DNA of 64,000 nt from the sequence record NZ_CP143948.1, one strand, 5' to 3'. Source of the stretch: a plasmid. Below are positions 1-9,687 of the stretch, one piece after another. Under the pieces are notes generated by a model, which did not search any database, was not told where the DNA came from, and saw only the letters and a list, made by a program, of their open reading frames with translations. Within the stretch, counting starts at the first letter, position 1, and each line of letters opens with the position of its first letter. The translations under genes and the position numbers were made by a program.

Positions 1-374
1 ACAAGCGGTGACTGTACACATCTCCGTGTGTGTCCTGTGGACTTTCACACGTTGTTTCTACATTTTGTAGACCATATCTGTTCTGTACAGTGACTTGCCG
101 TCAGTTTCCTAACTTGACATTCGCTCCGCCGAATTCTCTGTCTCATGGACAGTAACTTCAAACTTCATAGCTATCATGCCACAGCAAGTGATATTATACA
201 TGACGTTTACAATAATTGCAATACTTTTTTCAAAAAAAATTTATTTTTTTATTTCGGATAATATTCCATTGAAAAATTACACTTTTGCACGTATATTATT
301 ATAGAAGAAACACGATTAAATGCAAGCAACGTGTAGTTTATTTTTACACGCAGATAAGAAAGGAATATAAACAT

Positions 375-1262
375 ATGTGGTTAGCAGATAGATGGAAAGA
401 TTATGAGGTTATTGACTGCTCATGCGGTGAAAAGCTTGAGCGCTGGTCTAAATATATTTTGCTGCGTCCCGATCCTCAGGTAATTTGGGACACTCCAAAG
501 ACTAATAAGAACTGGAAAAAGCTTAATGGTCACTATCACAGAAGCAAGAAAGGCGGTGGTGAGTGGGAGTTTTTTGATTTGCCGCAGGAGTGGACCATAA
601 ACTACTCTCTTCCTATTAATAAAGAGCTCACATTTCACTTAAAACCATTCAGCTTCAAGCACACCGGTCTGTTTCCTGAGCAGGCTGCCAACTGGGACTG
701 GTTTTCAAAGAAGATTTACGATGCAAAAAAAAGCGGTCGTGATGTAAAGGTATTAAATCTCTTTGCATACACCGGAGGTGCCACTCTTGCTGCCGCTGCC
801 GCAGGCGCCGCTGTCACACATGTGGATGCTTCAAAGGGCATGGTCACATGGGCTAAGGAAAACGCTGTAAGCAGCGGTCTTGGTGACGCACCTATCAGAT
901 GGCTTGTGGATGACTGTGTGAAGTTTGTTGAGCGTGAAATCCGCCGTGGCAATCATTACGATGCCATCATAATGGATCCGCCGTCATACGGCAGAGGTCC
1001 TAAGGGTGAAATTTGGAAAATTGAGGAAAGCGTGTATCCGCTTGTGCAGCTTTGTGCAAAGCTCCTTACCGACAAGCCGCTTTTCTTCCTTATTAATTCC
1101 TATACGACAGGCTTGCAGCCTGCAGTGCTCACCTATATGATAAGCACTGCGCTTAAAAAGTTTGATGGTAAAGTAACCGCAAGCGAAATCGGTCTCCCGG
1201 TTTCTTCAAACGGACTCGTGCTGCCTTGTGGTGCAAGCGGACGCTTTGAAAGTATCTGCTAA
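375..1262 (+). CDS. Class I SAM-dependent (rRNA-type) methyltransferase
   Basis: ORF 285..1262. Likely start is ATG 375 (MWLADRWK...), preceded by AGAAAGGAA RBS. Rossmann motif VLNLFAYTGGATLAAAAAGA and DPPSY motif are typical of Methyltrans_SAM (RlmI/RlmK-like) enzymes. Confidence 0.6.
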   Translation: MWLADRWKDYEVIDCSCGEKLERWSKYILLRPDPQVIWDTPKTNKNWKKLNGHYHRSKKGGGEWEFFDLPQEWTINYSLPINKELTFHLKPFSFKHTGLFPEQAANWDWFSKKIYDAKKSGRDVKVLNLFAYTGGATLAAAAAGAAVTHVDASKGMVTWAKENAVSSGLGDAPIRWLVDDCVKFVEREIRRGNHYDAIIMDPPSYGRGPKGEIWKIEESVYPLVQLCAKLLTDKPLFFLINSYTTGLQPAVLTYMISTALKKFDGKVTASEIGLPVSSNGLVLPCGASGRFESIC

Positions 1263-1342
1263 TCAGTTCTAAAATAAAATCAGCCACAGTATTTCATTAT
1301 TTTCTATGAAACACTGCGGCATTTTAATGAATATGCAATATA

Positions 1343-2284
1343 TTACAATATTCTCTTTTTCTTCAATAAAATCAGTATCAGCACACATATGACAACCATA
1401 ACACCTATTATAATCATAAATCCATGTGCTGTCGTCGCAAGCGGTACCCACTTTGAGCTGACATTCATGCCATAGATTCCTGAGATAACTGTCGGAATAG
1501 CCATGATAAGTGTGATGATTGTGAGCGACTTCATGACATTGTTAAGTCTGTTGTCAATGACCGTGCTCATAAGCTCTCTGGTACCATTTATGATGTCCCT
1601 GTAAATTCCCGTCATCTCAATAGCCTGTTTATTTTCGACAATCACGTCTCCGAGAAGCTCCTTATCCTCCGGATACTGCTCAAGGCGCTTGTATCTGGTC
1701 AGTCTCTCTAACACAACTCCATTGGCACGAAGCGATGTGGCAAAGTATACGAGTGTGGATTCCAGCTCGTGAAGCGCGATCAAATCGTCCTCCTCTGTAT
1801 CCTCTCCGACTCTCTCCTCAATCTCAGTACGCATCTTGTCTATGATGCGCAGATCATTCTGATACAGTACAGATATCCTGTAAAGAATCTGGTATACAAA
1901 GCGCATCTTTTTCTTGGTGGAAAATTCCTTTACACGGTTATTTAAAAATACCTGAAGCACCGGTGTATCCTCTGTACAGACTGTCACTATCTCATCATCT
2001 GTAAGTATGATGCCAAGCGGGATTGTGGTATATGACTCCTTGTCATGCCTAGTCTCTATCGAAGGTATATCCACAAGAATCAACGTATACCCATCCTGCA
2101 GCTCTATACGAGAGCTCTCCTCTTCATCGAGTGCTGCAAGTACGTCCTCAATATCAACATTCAGTTCATCCGCTACCATCTGTCCCTCTGCTACAGAAGG
2201 GTTGACCATCTGTATCCAGGTGCCTCCCTGCAGCGTATCCAGCTCATGTATTAATTTGTCATCTGTCCTGTAAAACTTGACCAT
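1343..2284 (-). CDS. corA: Magnesium/cobalt transporter CorA
   Basis: 313 aa. C-terminal two TM helices carry the YGMNV (GMN) signature. GGGGAGG RBS precedes the ATG. Confidence 0.85.
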   Translation of the reverse strand: MVKFYRTDDKLIHELDTLQGGTWIQMVNPSVAEGQMVADELNVDIEDVLAALDEEESSRIELQDGYTLILVDIPSIETRHDKESYTTIPLGIILTDDEIVTVCTEDTPVLQVFLNNRVKEFSTKKKMRFVYQILYRISVLYQNDLRIIDKMRTEIEERVGEDTEEDDLIALHELESTLVYFATSLRANGVVLERLTRYKRLEQYPEDKELLGDVIVENKQAIEMTGIYRDIINGTRELMSTVIDNRLNNVMKSLTIITLIMAIPTVISGIYGMNVSSKWVPLATTAHGFMIIIGVMVVICVLILILLKKKRIL

Positions 2285-2369
2285 GGTGCCTCCCCGTGGC
2301 TTTTATGACACACATAATGCCACAAAATATTTTGACATCACTAACGTATTGTCTTTGAAATAAAAGATA

Positions 2370-3458
2370 TTACTTCTCAGCGTATTTCTGACTCTGGCTC
2401 TTTATAAGCTCTGCATCCTCAAAGTAATTTATCCTCATGGCGCGCTTGACCTCTGCCATTGTCTGTGCTGCAGCCTCTCTTGCTGTCTCGCTGCCCTTCC
2501 TTAGTATCTCATATACAGCCGGAATATCCTTCTCATACTCTGCTCTTCTTGCGCGGATAGGTGAAAGCTCCTCCTGCATGATGTTGTTGAGGAATTTCTT
2601 AATCTTCACATCACCAAGACCGCCCCTTGTATAGTGATCCTTAAGCTCCTGAAGGTTAGCATACTCCGGCAGATACTCCTCAAAATGTCCCGGCTTAGAG
2701 AAAGCATCAAGATATGTGAATACTGTATTGCCCTCCACGTGTCCCGGATCTGAAATCTGGATATGTGTCGGATCTGTATACATGCTCATGATTTTCTTCT
2801 TTACATCTGCCTCTGTATCTGCCAGATAGATACAGTTGCCTAATGATTTGCTCATCTTCTGTCCACCGTCTGTACCCGGAAGTCTGCAGCATGCCTCATT
2901 CTCAGGTAAAAGCACATCCGGCTCAACGAGCACCTCATCATAGATAGAATTAAACTTTCTGACAATCTCCCTGGTCTGCTCTATCATTGGGAGCTGGTCC
3001 TCTCCAACCGGAACAGTTGTAGCCTTGAAGGCAGTGATATCTGCTGCCTGGCTGATTGGATAATTGAAAAATCCAACCGGTATACTTGCCTCGAAATTTC
3101 TTAGCTTAATCTCATTCTTTACTGTAGGGTTTCTCTGAAGTCTCGATACTGTAACGAGATTTGAGTAGAAAAATGTAAGCTCAGTAAGCTCCGGTATCTG
3201 TGACTGCACAAACAGTGTAGACTTGGCCGGATCGAGTCCTGCTGAGAGGTAATCAAGTGCTACCTCTATGATATTCTGTCTGATTTTCTCAGGGTTGTCA
3301 AAATTGTCTGTGAGTGCCTGTGCATCGGCAATCATGATAAATATTTTGTCATACTCTCCTGAATTCTGAAGCTCAACTCTTCTGCGAAGTGAGCCCACGT
3401 AATGTCCTATATGGAGCCTTCCTGTTGGTCTGTCTCCTGTTAAAATAATTTTTTCCAT
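2370..3458 (-). CDS. trpS: Tryptophan--tRNA ligase
   Basis: Class I aaRS motifs: HIGH-type ([10 protein letters not shown]) and KMSKS. 362 aa. AGAGGAAT RBS. Confidence 0.9.
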   Translation of the reverse strand: MEKIILTGDRPTGRLHIGHYVGSLRRRVELQNSGEYDKIFIMIADAQALTDNFDNPEKIRQNIIEVALDYLSAGLDPAKSTLFVQSQIPELTELTFFYSNLVTVSRLQRNPTVKNEIKLRNFEASIPVGFFNYPISQAADITAFKATTVPVGEDQLPMIEQTREIVRKFNSIYDEVLVEPDVLLPENEACCRLPGTDGGQKMSKSLGNCIYLADTEADVKKKIMSMYTDPTHIQISDPGHVEGNTVFTYLDAFSKPGHFEEYLPEYANLQELKDHYTRGGLGDVKIKKFLNNIMQEELSPIRARRAEYEKDIPAVYEILRKGSETAREAAAQTMAEVKRAMRINYFEDAELIKSQSQKYAEK

Positions 3459-3550
3459 CTCTATTATTCCTCTGCTTTAGTTCTATTATTACGATTGCAA
3501 TGTAGGTTTATTCGCCAAACCGTCTGTCTTAGCAATCGCCAGCTTTCTTT

Positions 3551-3585
3551 ATTATAACACACTGACGTGTAAAAGCCTAGGAAAA
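3551..3585 (-). promoter_or_regulatory. Candidate extended -10 promoter for trpS
   Basis: On the minus strand, TGTGTTATAAT (TGnTATAAT extended -10) lies ~100 nt upstream of the trpS ATG. The leader is too short for a T-box. Confidence 0.3.
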
Positions 3586-3601
3586 AGAACTCTCATTTTA
3601 A

Positions 3602-4081
3602 TTATTTTATAATATCTACATACTCTGCCTTTGCCGCCCTGCACAAATCATCCGGTGACAGCGTAATCTGAAGCCCAAGCCTGCCTCCGCTGACCGTGAT
3701 TTTGTCCTGCTCCTTAGCTGCCTCATGGATAAATGTAGGATACTGTTTTTTCATTCCGATTGATGTACAGCCGCCCCTTATATAGCCTGTAACCTTTGTC
3801 AAATCCTTGAGATGCAGCATCTCTATGGATTTCTCGCCTGCTGCCTTTGCGGCTTTTTTGAAATCAATTTCGTCATCTATCGGTACCACAAACACATAGT
3901 ATCCACCGCTTTTGCCGACTGTCGTGATAGTCTTGTACATGCCTGCGTGGTCAAGCCCCAGCTTGTCTGCTATCTGAGCTGCATCCACAAAGTCATCGCA
4001 CTCGTATGTGCGTGCCTCATATGGAATCTTCATTGTTTCCAGTATTCTTATTGCATTTGTCTTTGCTTCTTTTTTTCCCAT
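3602..4081 (-). CDS. ybaK: Cys-tRNA(Pro)/Cys-tRNA(Cys) deacylase YbaK/EbsC
   Basis: 159 aa YbaK-family trans-editing domain. GGAGGAAAG RBS. Confidence 0.8.
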   Translation of the reverse strand: MGKKEAKTNAIRILETMKIPYEARTYECDDFVDAAQIADKLGLDHAGMYKTITTVGKSGGYYVFVVPIDDEIDFKKAAKAAGEKSIEMLHLKDLTKVTGYIRGGCTSIGMKKQYPTFIHEAAKEQDKITVSGGRLGLQITLSPDDLCRAAKAEYVDIIK

Positions 4082-4143
4082 TATACTATCTTTCCTCCAA
4101 TAAGCTTAAGATATATTCCATATCTTTATGCAATTACCTCATT

Positions 4144-6225
4144 TTACTGATTGTCCGCACTCTTATCGGCATTTTTGTATGCTTCCTCAAAGAACTGCTC
4201 CTGCGAATCTATCGGTGTGCTGTTTATCTTTCTGTCCACATACTCACCATCGGCGCAAAGCTCCTTGCCCTTCTCGTCATCTGTCATGATTGTATCGAAG
4301 ATATGGCGGATCTTGTCCTTAGCATGTGCATCGTATACCGGTGTTGCAACCTCCACACGTCTTACGGTATTTCTGGTCATAAAATCTGCTGACGCAATGT
4401 AAATCTTCTCATCATCGCCCACACCAAATCTGTATATACGTGAATGCTCAAGATATCTTCCTACAACACTTATTACAGTGATGTTTTCTGTGGCTCCCTC
4501 AACCTGCGGCTTCACACAGCATATTCCTCTGACAATAAGCTCTACCTTCACGCCTGCCTGAGAAGCATCGATAAGCTTGTCTATAAGCACCTTATCAGTG
4601 AGAGAGTTAATCTTAACTCCGATGTATGCCGGTTTTCCTGCATTCTTATTGGCAATCTGCTCATCAATCATGTCAACAATCTTATTCTGCAGGCATTTTG
4701 GGGCAACAAGCAGATGTTTTACATCTCCGTCCGAAACAGTCTCACCTCTCTGAAGCGCCATAAACACCCTTGATGCATCTGCTCCAATCTCCTGATTTGC
4801 AGTGATGAGGGATAAATCTGTATAAAGACGCGAGGTCTTCTCGTTGTAGTTTCCTGTACCAATCTGAGTGATGTACTCAAAGCCATCGCCCTTTTTCTTT
4901 GTGATGAGGCAGAGCTTTGAGTGTACCTTGTAATCACCGAGTCCGTAAAGTATCTGACAGCCTGCGTCCTCAAGGCGGTGTGACATCTCTATGTTGTTAG
5001 CCTCATCAAACCTCGCTCTGAGCTCGACAAGCACGATAACTTCCTTGCCGTTTTCTGCAGCCTCTATAAGTGCATCGATAATCTGGCTCTTGTCTGCCAC
5101 TCTGTATAGTGTCATCTTGATAGAAACTACATCAGGATCCTCTGCTGCATCGTTAAGCATCTTGATAAACGGCTTCATGCTCTCAAACGGATATGAAAGA
5201 AGCACGTCCTTTTTCTCAACCTGTCCAAGTATACTCTCCTTGAGCGAAAGCTCAGGTGTGTCACGCGGTGTACGCTTCTCAAAGAAAAGCTCCTGCTTAT
5301 CCCGCAGATAGTGCTGAAGCTGGAATACGAATGACATATCAAGCGGTGTTTTTACACTGATAAAATGCTTTTTGCCAATCTCAAGGAAGCTCGAGAGCTC
5401 GTCAATCGCCTTGCGGTTGATTTTTCTTGATAGCTCAACTCTTACAGGGTCAAGACGCACTCTCTTCTTGATGAGCTCCTCCATCATGTTACGATAATCC
5501 ATATCCTCATCATACATGCTCTGCGCATCGATATCCGCATTACGTGTCACACGCATGATTGATTTCTCACGGATTACATACTTTGGATAGAGCTTGGATA
5601 CAAAGTGTAAAATAAGCTCCTCTGACAGCATAAATGTGCCCGGTCTTGTAGGTATCTCGATAAGACGTTTGAATACGCTGTTTGAGCATGGCACGATACC
5701 TGTCTTTTTCTTACCCTTCTGCGTGGTTAAAAGCACTACCGCATAGAGCTGTTTATTGGCAAGGAATGGGAACGGCTGCTGCTTTCCTATAATCATCGGA
5801 GAGAGGAAAGGTGCAATGTGTGCATCAAAATATGCCTCCAGCAAATCTCCCTCATCCTTTGACAGCTTGTTGAAATTGATTATGCGCACGCCCTTTGGCT
5901 CAAGCTCACCCATGAGCTGCTCGTAAATCCTTGCTTTTTTCTTCTCAAGCTCGCATACTCTGTCAAGGATTGCCGATACCTGTTCCTCACTCGACATCTT
6001 TGTCTTGTTCTCGAAAATCTTTTCCTTTGAATTCATCTGCATCATGAGTGATCCTACTCTTACCATGAAAAACTCATCCAGATTTGTCTGGTAGATTGAT
6101 GCAAAGGTCAGTCTCTCTGCAAGCGGTACTCTTGGATTGCCCGCCTCATTTAATACTCGCTCATTGAACTGTAACCATGACAGCTCCCTGTTTGTGTAAA
6201 CTTCTTCCAGTTTTTTCATCTGCAT
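4144..6225 (-). CDS. ppk: Polyphosphate kinase 1
   Basis: The ORF track extends to 6429. The conserved PPK1 N-terminus (YTNRELSWLQFNERVL) begins at MQMKK, which follows an AGGAG RBS, so the start is placed at 6225. PPK1 middle and C-terminal domains are present. Confidence 0.88.
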   Translation of the reverse strand: MQMKKLEEVYTNRELSWLQFNERVLNEAGNPRVPLAERLTFASIYQTNLDEFFMVRVGSLMMQMNSKEKIFENKTKMSSEEQVSAILDRVCELEKKKARIYEQLMGELEPKGVRIINFNKLSKDEGDLLEAYFDAHIAPFLSPMIIGKQQPFPFLANKQLYAVVLLTTQKGKKKTGIVPCSNSVFKRLIEIPTRPGTFMLSEELILHFVSKLYPKYVIREKSIMRVTRNADIDAQSMYDEDMDYRNMMEELIKKRVRLDPVRVELSRKINRKAIDELSSFLEIGKKHFISVKTPLDMSFVFQLQHYLRDKQELFFEKRTPRDTPELSLKESILGQVEKKDVLLSYPFESMKPFIKMLNDAAEDPDVVSIKMTLYRVADKSQIIDALIEAAENGKEVIVLVELRARFDEANNIEMSHRLEDAGCQILYGLGDYKVHSKLCLITKKKGDGFEYITQIGTGNYNEKTSRLYTDLSLITANQEIGADASRVFMALQRGETVSDGDVKHLLVAPKCLQNKIVDMIDEQIANKNAGKPAYIGVKINSLTDKVLIDKLIDASQAGVKVELIVRGICCVKPQVEGATENITVISVVGRYLEHSRIYRFGVGDDEKIYIASADFMTRNTVRRVEVATPVYDAHAKDKIRHIFDTIMTDDEKGKELCADGEYVDRKINSTPIDSQEQFFEEAYKNADKSADNQ

Positions 6226-6421
6226 ATATGCTCCTATTCTATATGATATTTTTCCATTCGCATCCGCGTCTTTTAAGTTCGTTTTATTTTGTGCCCGCTG
6301 TATTTCAAGCAGCCTTGCCCGCTCTATCAGTTTATCCTCACGGCGTCTCCTTCTGTCTGCCAGATGAAGCTTTTTTTCCACCCCGACAAGCAGCCTCGCA
6401 AGTGCCTTCAAAACTCTTTCC

Positions 6422-6631
6422 CTATGCAATATTTACCTCTCCGTTGATATCATCTGATAATATTCCAATTCTCGCTATACCGCACAGCACATAATGCTTC
6501 TGCAATGTCCGTGCACTCTTAAGTTCATTTTCGATATTTTTGCCTTTTTTGTCAATACATTCATGCAAATTTACAAACATTTCTTCAACGATATCAGCAC
6601 ATCTGAGTGTTTCCTTTGCAGCAAGCTGCAT
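6422..6631 (-). CDS. Small hypothetical protein upstream of ppk (69 aa)
   Basis: ORF with AAAGAGGTG RBS-like sequence. No recognisable domain. Could be spurious. Confidence 0.2.
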   Translation of the reverse strand: MQLAAKETLRCADIVEEMFVNLHECIDKKGKNIENELKSARTLQKHYVLCGIARIGILSDDINGEVNIA

Positions 6632-6945
6632 TACCACCTCTTTGACGCATTTTTATATGAATTAAGGCCGTCCACATTGGTAGTTTGTACCTCTTGTGAA
6701 CAGCCTGTTATCATCGTTGCCATCATTCCTATGACGACCGCTTTCTTTGGTAATTTCTTTTTCAACATAATTAATCTCTCCATTAGCATGATAAATTATT
6801 AAAATTAATCAATAACTATTCAACAAGTTAATGGTATCAAGCTAATGTAAAGTCCAAAACGCAGTTATGTAAAATCATGGTAAAAACTTTACATTTCTTT
6901 ATTCAGCTTTACATAAATTAATTTTGTGTGCATTTTATATATCTT

Positions 6946-7689
6946 TTAGGCATTTTTAACTATTTCAACAGCAATATCCGGATAATTTGTGATAATTGCA
7001 TCTGCTTCTGCCTTGACAAGTGCCTTCATCTCATGCTTTTCGTTTACAGTCCATACATGAGCTCTAAGTCCTCTTCCGTGCGCCTTGTCAATGTAGTTTT
7101 CATCCTGCATATGGTAGGTTGCCGGATGAAGCGCATCCACATGAAGCTCGCTTGCATACTCTGCCGGATTTACTATAATGTCAGAAAAAAGCAGACCGCA
7201 CCTCATATCGGGGCAAAGCTTTTTCATGCGCACAATCGACTCATGATTGAATGATGAGCACCAGATTCTGTCAAGCATATCATACTCTTCCACGAGCGCC
7301 AGTACCTTTTTCTCCAGATTTTTGTACTGTACGATACCGTTTTTAAGCTCGATATTTATGGTCATCTCTGTGTTTTTGAGCAGGTCAAACACCTCATCGA
7401 GTGTTGGAATGCGAGTCTTCTTGTCATAGGACGGCATGTGCTTTGACACATTGAGGCGCTTTAACTCCTTGAGTGTATAGTCCTTTACAAAGCCTTTCTC
7501 ACCACTCACTCTGTCCACGGTCTCATCGTGTATGACCACAAGCTCTCCATCCTTTGTGAGCTGCACATCAAGCTCCACGCCGTCAGCCTTCATCTTTTCT
7601 GCCTTCTTGAATGCCTCAAGTGTGTTCTCCGGTGCATATCCGGATGCTCCTCTGTGTGCCCAGACCTTTGTTCCCTCTGTGTTTATCAT
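6946..7689 (-). CDS. Glycerophosphodiester phosphodiesterase
   Basis: GDPD motifs VWAHRGASGYAPENTLEAF and ELDVQLTKDGELVVIHDETVDR. Confidence 0.85.
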   Translation of the reverse strand: MINTEGTKVWAHRGASGYAPENTLEAFKKAEKMKADGVELDVQLTKDGELVVIHDETVDRVSGEKGFVKDYTLKELKRLNVSKHMPSYDKKTRIPTLDEVFDLLKNTEMTINIELKNGIVQYKNLEKKVLALVEEYDMLDRIWCSSFNHESIVRMKKLCPDMRCGLLFSDIIVNPAEYASELHVDALHPATYHMQDENYIDKAHGRGLRAHVWTVNEKHEMKALVKAEADAIITNYPDIAVEIVKNA

Positions 7690-7719
7690 GCTTTAAGCCT
7701 TCTTTCGTTACTTTTTATT

Positions 7720-9114
7720 TTAGTTATTTTCATGCCTCGGTGCATCATATCTGTCTGCAAACCTTAAAAATACAAATCCCACTGCAAAGAATATTGCCAT
7801 AGTTGCAACCGCCACATTTATCGTGCCGCCCGCAAGCTTTACTGCTGCTATGACAAGCGAGCCTAAAAACGAAGCTCCCTTTGCAAAAATATCATAGATT
7901 CCGAAATACTCTCCCGAGTTCTCAGGAGGAATAATCTTTGAAAAATATGAGCGTGACAGCGCCTGCAATGAGCCCTGGAAGCAGCCCACACCAAATGCCA
8001 TGATTCCAAAGCCAATCAGATCATGCAGTGTAAGTGCATATAGACAGACTGCAAAATATCCCGCAATGCAGACATACAAAAGCGTTGTAGTTTTGTATGT
8101 CTGTGACAGTCTTCCAAAAACAAGTGAACCGATGCATGCCACTATCTGTGTAAAAAGTAAAAACACTACCTGTCCCACTGAATCGAGCTTTAAATCAGTT
8201 CCTATGTTTATACAATTATCTATTATAGTACCTACACCATCTATGTAAAGGAAAAAAGCAACCAAAAACAGTCCTACTTTTTTATCTTTTGTAGCTATTT
8301 TTTTGATTGTTCCAAAAATCTGTGCAAATGCGTCAGCTATAAGTCTTAGGACTCCCGGATTTTTGTTTGTTTTGTTTTTCTCTTTGATATTGTCTCTTAT
8401 AAATGCATCATTTTCAAAATTCTTATGAATATCTTTGTCTGCTGCATCCGATACATAATTCACCTGTTTATAGCTCTTAAACAATGGAATTGTAACAACA
8501 AACCACCAGATTCCTGTAACCGCAAAGCCTATTATCATCGACAGGCGGTTTGATATATATCCAAGCATATCAGGTCCACAGATATACGCTGCAAGCGAAA
8601 CGAGAAACGGCACACATGAGCCCAGATATCCCCAGGCATAGCCGTAGGAGGACACCTCGTCCATTCTATCCTTTGTCGTCACATCGACAAGCATCGAGTC
8701 ATAAAACACCAGCGATGCATTGTAAAATATCTTTGTAAGCACATATATAACAAGAAACAGTACCCACGTAGGTGTAAAACCGTTAAGTATACATGCCGAC
8801 ACTCCTACAACTACTGTCGTTGAAAAAATGGCCTTTTTGATACGCATATGGTCAGCTATCGCGCCACATACAGGTCCGATAAGTGCTGATACAACCGTCA
8901 TCACAGCTATCGCCACCGCATAATACGCAGTCGCCCTGTCAGATGAAATCTGCCCTACACCATCTCCCACGGCAAGGCTTTTGTACCATATCGGTATGAG
9001 TGCACACGCAAGCAGTGTGTATGCGGAATTTCCCACGTCATATAATACCCATGAGAGCTCCTTTGACGAGAGCTTTTTGCTTTTCTTTTGTGTATTGTCT
9101 TCTTTTGATTTCAT
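7720..9114 (-). CDS. MFS transporter
   Basis: 464 aa with ~12 predicted hydrophobic helices and a central cytoplasmic loop. Sits downstream of the GDPD gene. Confidence 0.7.
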   Translation of the reverse strand: MKSKEDNTQKKSKKLSSKELSWVLYDVGNSAYTLLACALIPIWYKSLAVGDGVGQISSDRATAYYAVAIAVMTVVSALIGPVCGAIADHMRIKKAIFSTTVVVGVSACILNGFTPTWVLFLVIYVLTKIFYNASLVFYDSMLVDVTTKDRMDEVSSYGYAWGYLGSCVPFLVSLAAYICGPDMLGYISNRLSMIIGFAVTGIWWFVVTIPLFKSYKQVNYVSDAADKDIHKNFENDAFIRDNIKEKNKTNKNPGVLRLIADAFAQIFGTIKKIATKDKKVGLFLVAFFLYIDGVGTIIDNCINIGTDLKLDSVGQVVFLLFTQIVACIGSLVFGRLSQTYKTTTLLYVCIAGYFAVCLYALTLHDLIGFGIMAFGVGCFQGSLQALSRSYFSKIIPPENSGEYFGIYDIFAKGASFLGSLVIAAVKLAGGTINVAVATMAIFFAVGFVFLRFADRYDAPRHENN

Positions 9115-9220
9115 AAATTATACCTTCCCTGTTTATATGTCCCAGACTATGATTTTATTTTAAATATGTAAAAACCGCTACCGTCCATTTGTAAAGTTTA
9201 TGTAAGCAATCCGAACAATA

Positions 9221-9685
9221 TTATGCCAGCGACTTTCTCGCAATATCCACATAATGCATGGCGTTTCGATGATTCTCCTCTATCTCCTCAGCACTCAGTG
9301 ACCTGACTACCTTTGCCGGAGAGCCAAATGCAAGGCTTCCGTCAGGAATCTCGGTGCCCTGAGTGACAAGAGCGCCCGCACCTATTATGCAGTTTTTACC
9401 AATCCTTGCTCCATTTAACACGATGGCACCCATGCCGATGAGTGTATTATCACCTATAGTACACCCGTGAACAATTGCGCTGTGTCCTATTGTCACATTA
9501 TCACCGATTCTGACACTGTGGCTTAAGTCCACATGTACCACTGCATTGTCCTGTATATTCGAATTTCTGCCTATTTCTATCGGTTCTGAATCGCCTCTTA
9601 CAGTTGCATTATACCATACGCTTGCTCCGTCAGCCATTGTCACCTGACCCTTAACAACGGCACCTTCTGCTATATAATATGCCAT
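9221..9685 (-). CDS. Gamma carbonic anhydrase family / hexapeptide-repeat (LbH) protein
   Basis: 154 aa with repeated [LIV]G-x4 hexapeptides (YrdA/PaaY/CaiE-like). Its ATG lies 2 nt after the jetC-like TAG stop. The GGAGGG RBS sits inside the upstream gene, so translation is coupled. Confidence 0.8.
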   Translation of the reverse strand: MAYYIAEGAVVKGQVTMADGASVWYNATVRGDSEPIEIGRNSNIQDNAVVHVDLSHSVRIGDNVTIGHSAIVHGCTIGDNTLIGMGAIVLNGARIGKNCIIGAGALVTQGTEIPDGSLAFGSPAKVVRSLSAEEIEENHRNAMHYVDIARKSLA

Positions 9686-9687
9686 AT

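Noticed and set aside
3459-3601. Possible T-box riboswitch upstream of trpS
   Set aside because: The untranslated region is only ~140 nt. No AGGGTGGNACCGCG-like T-box motif or specifier-loop architecture is visible. Only an extended -10 promoter and a short stem were seen.
6494-7254. Plus-strand ORFs 6494..6802 and 6928..7254
   Set aside because: Low-complexity, Cys/Phe-rich translations of AT-rich intergenic DNA or antisense of the GDPD gene, with no RBS.
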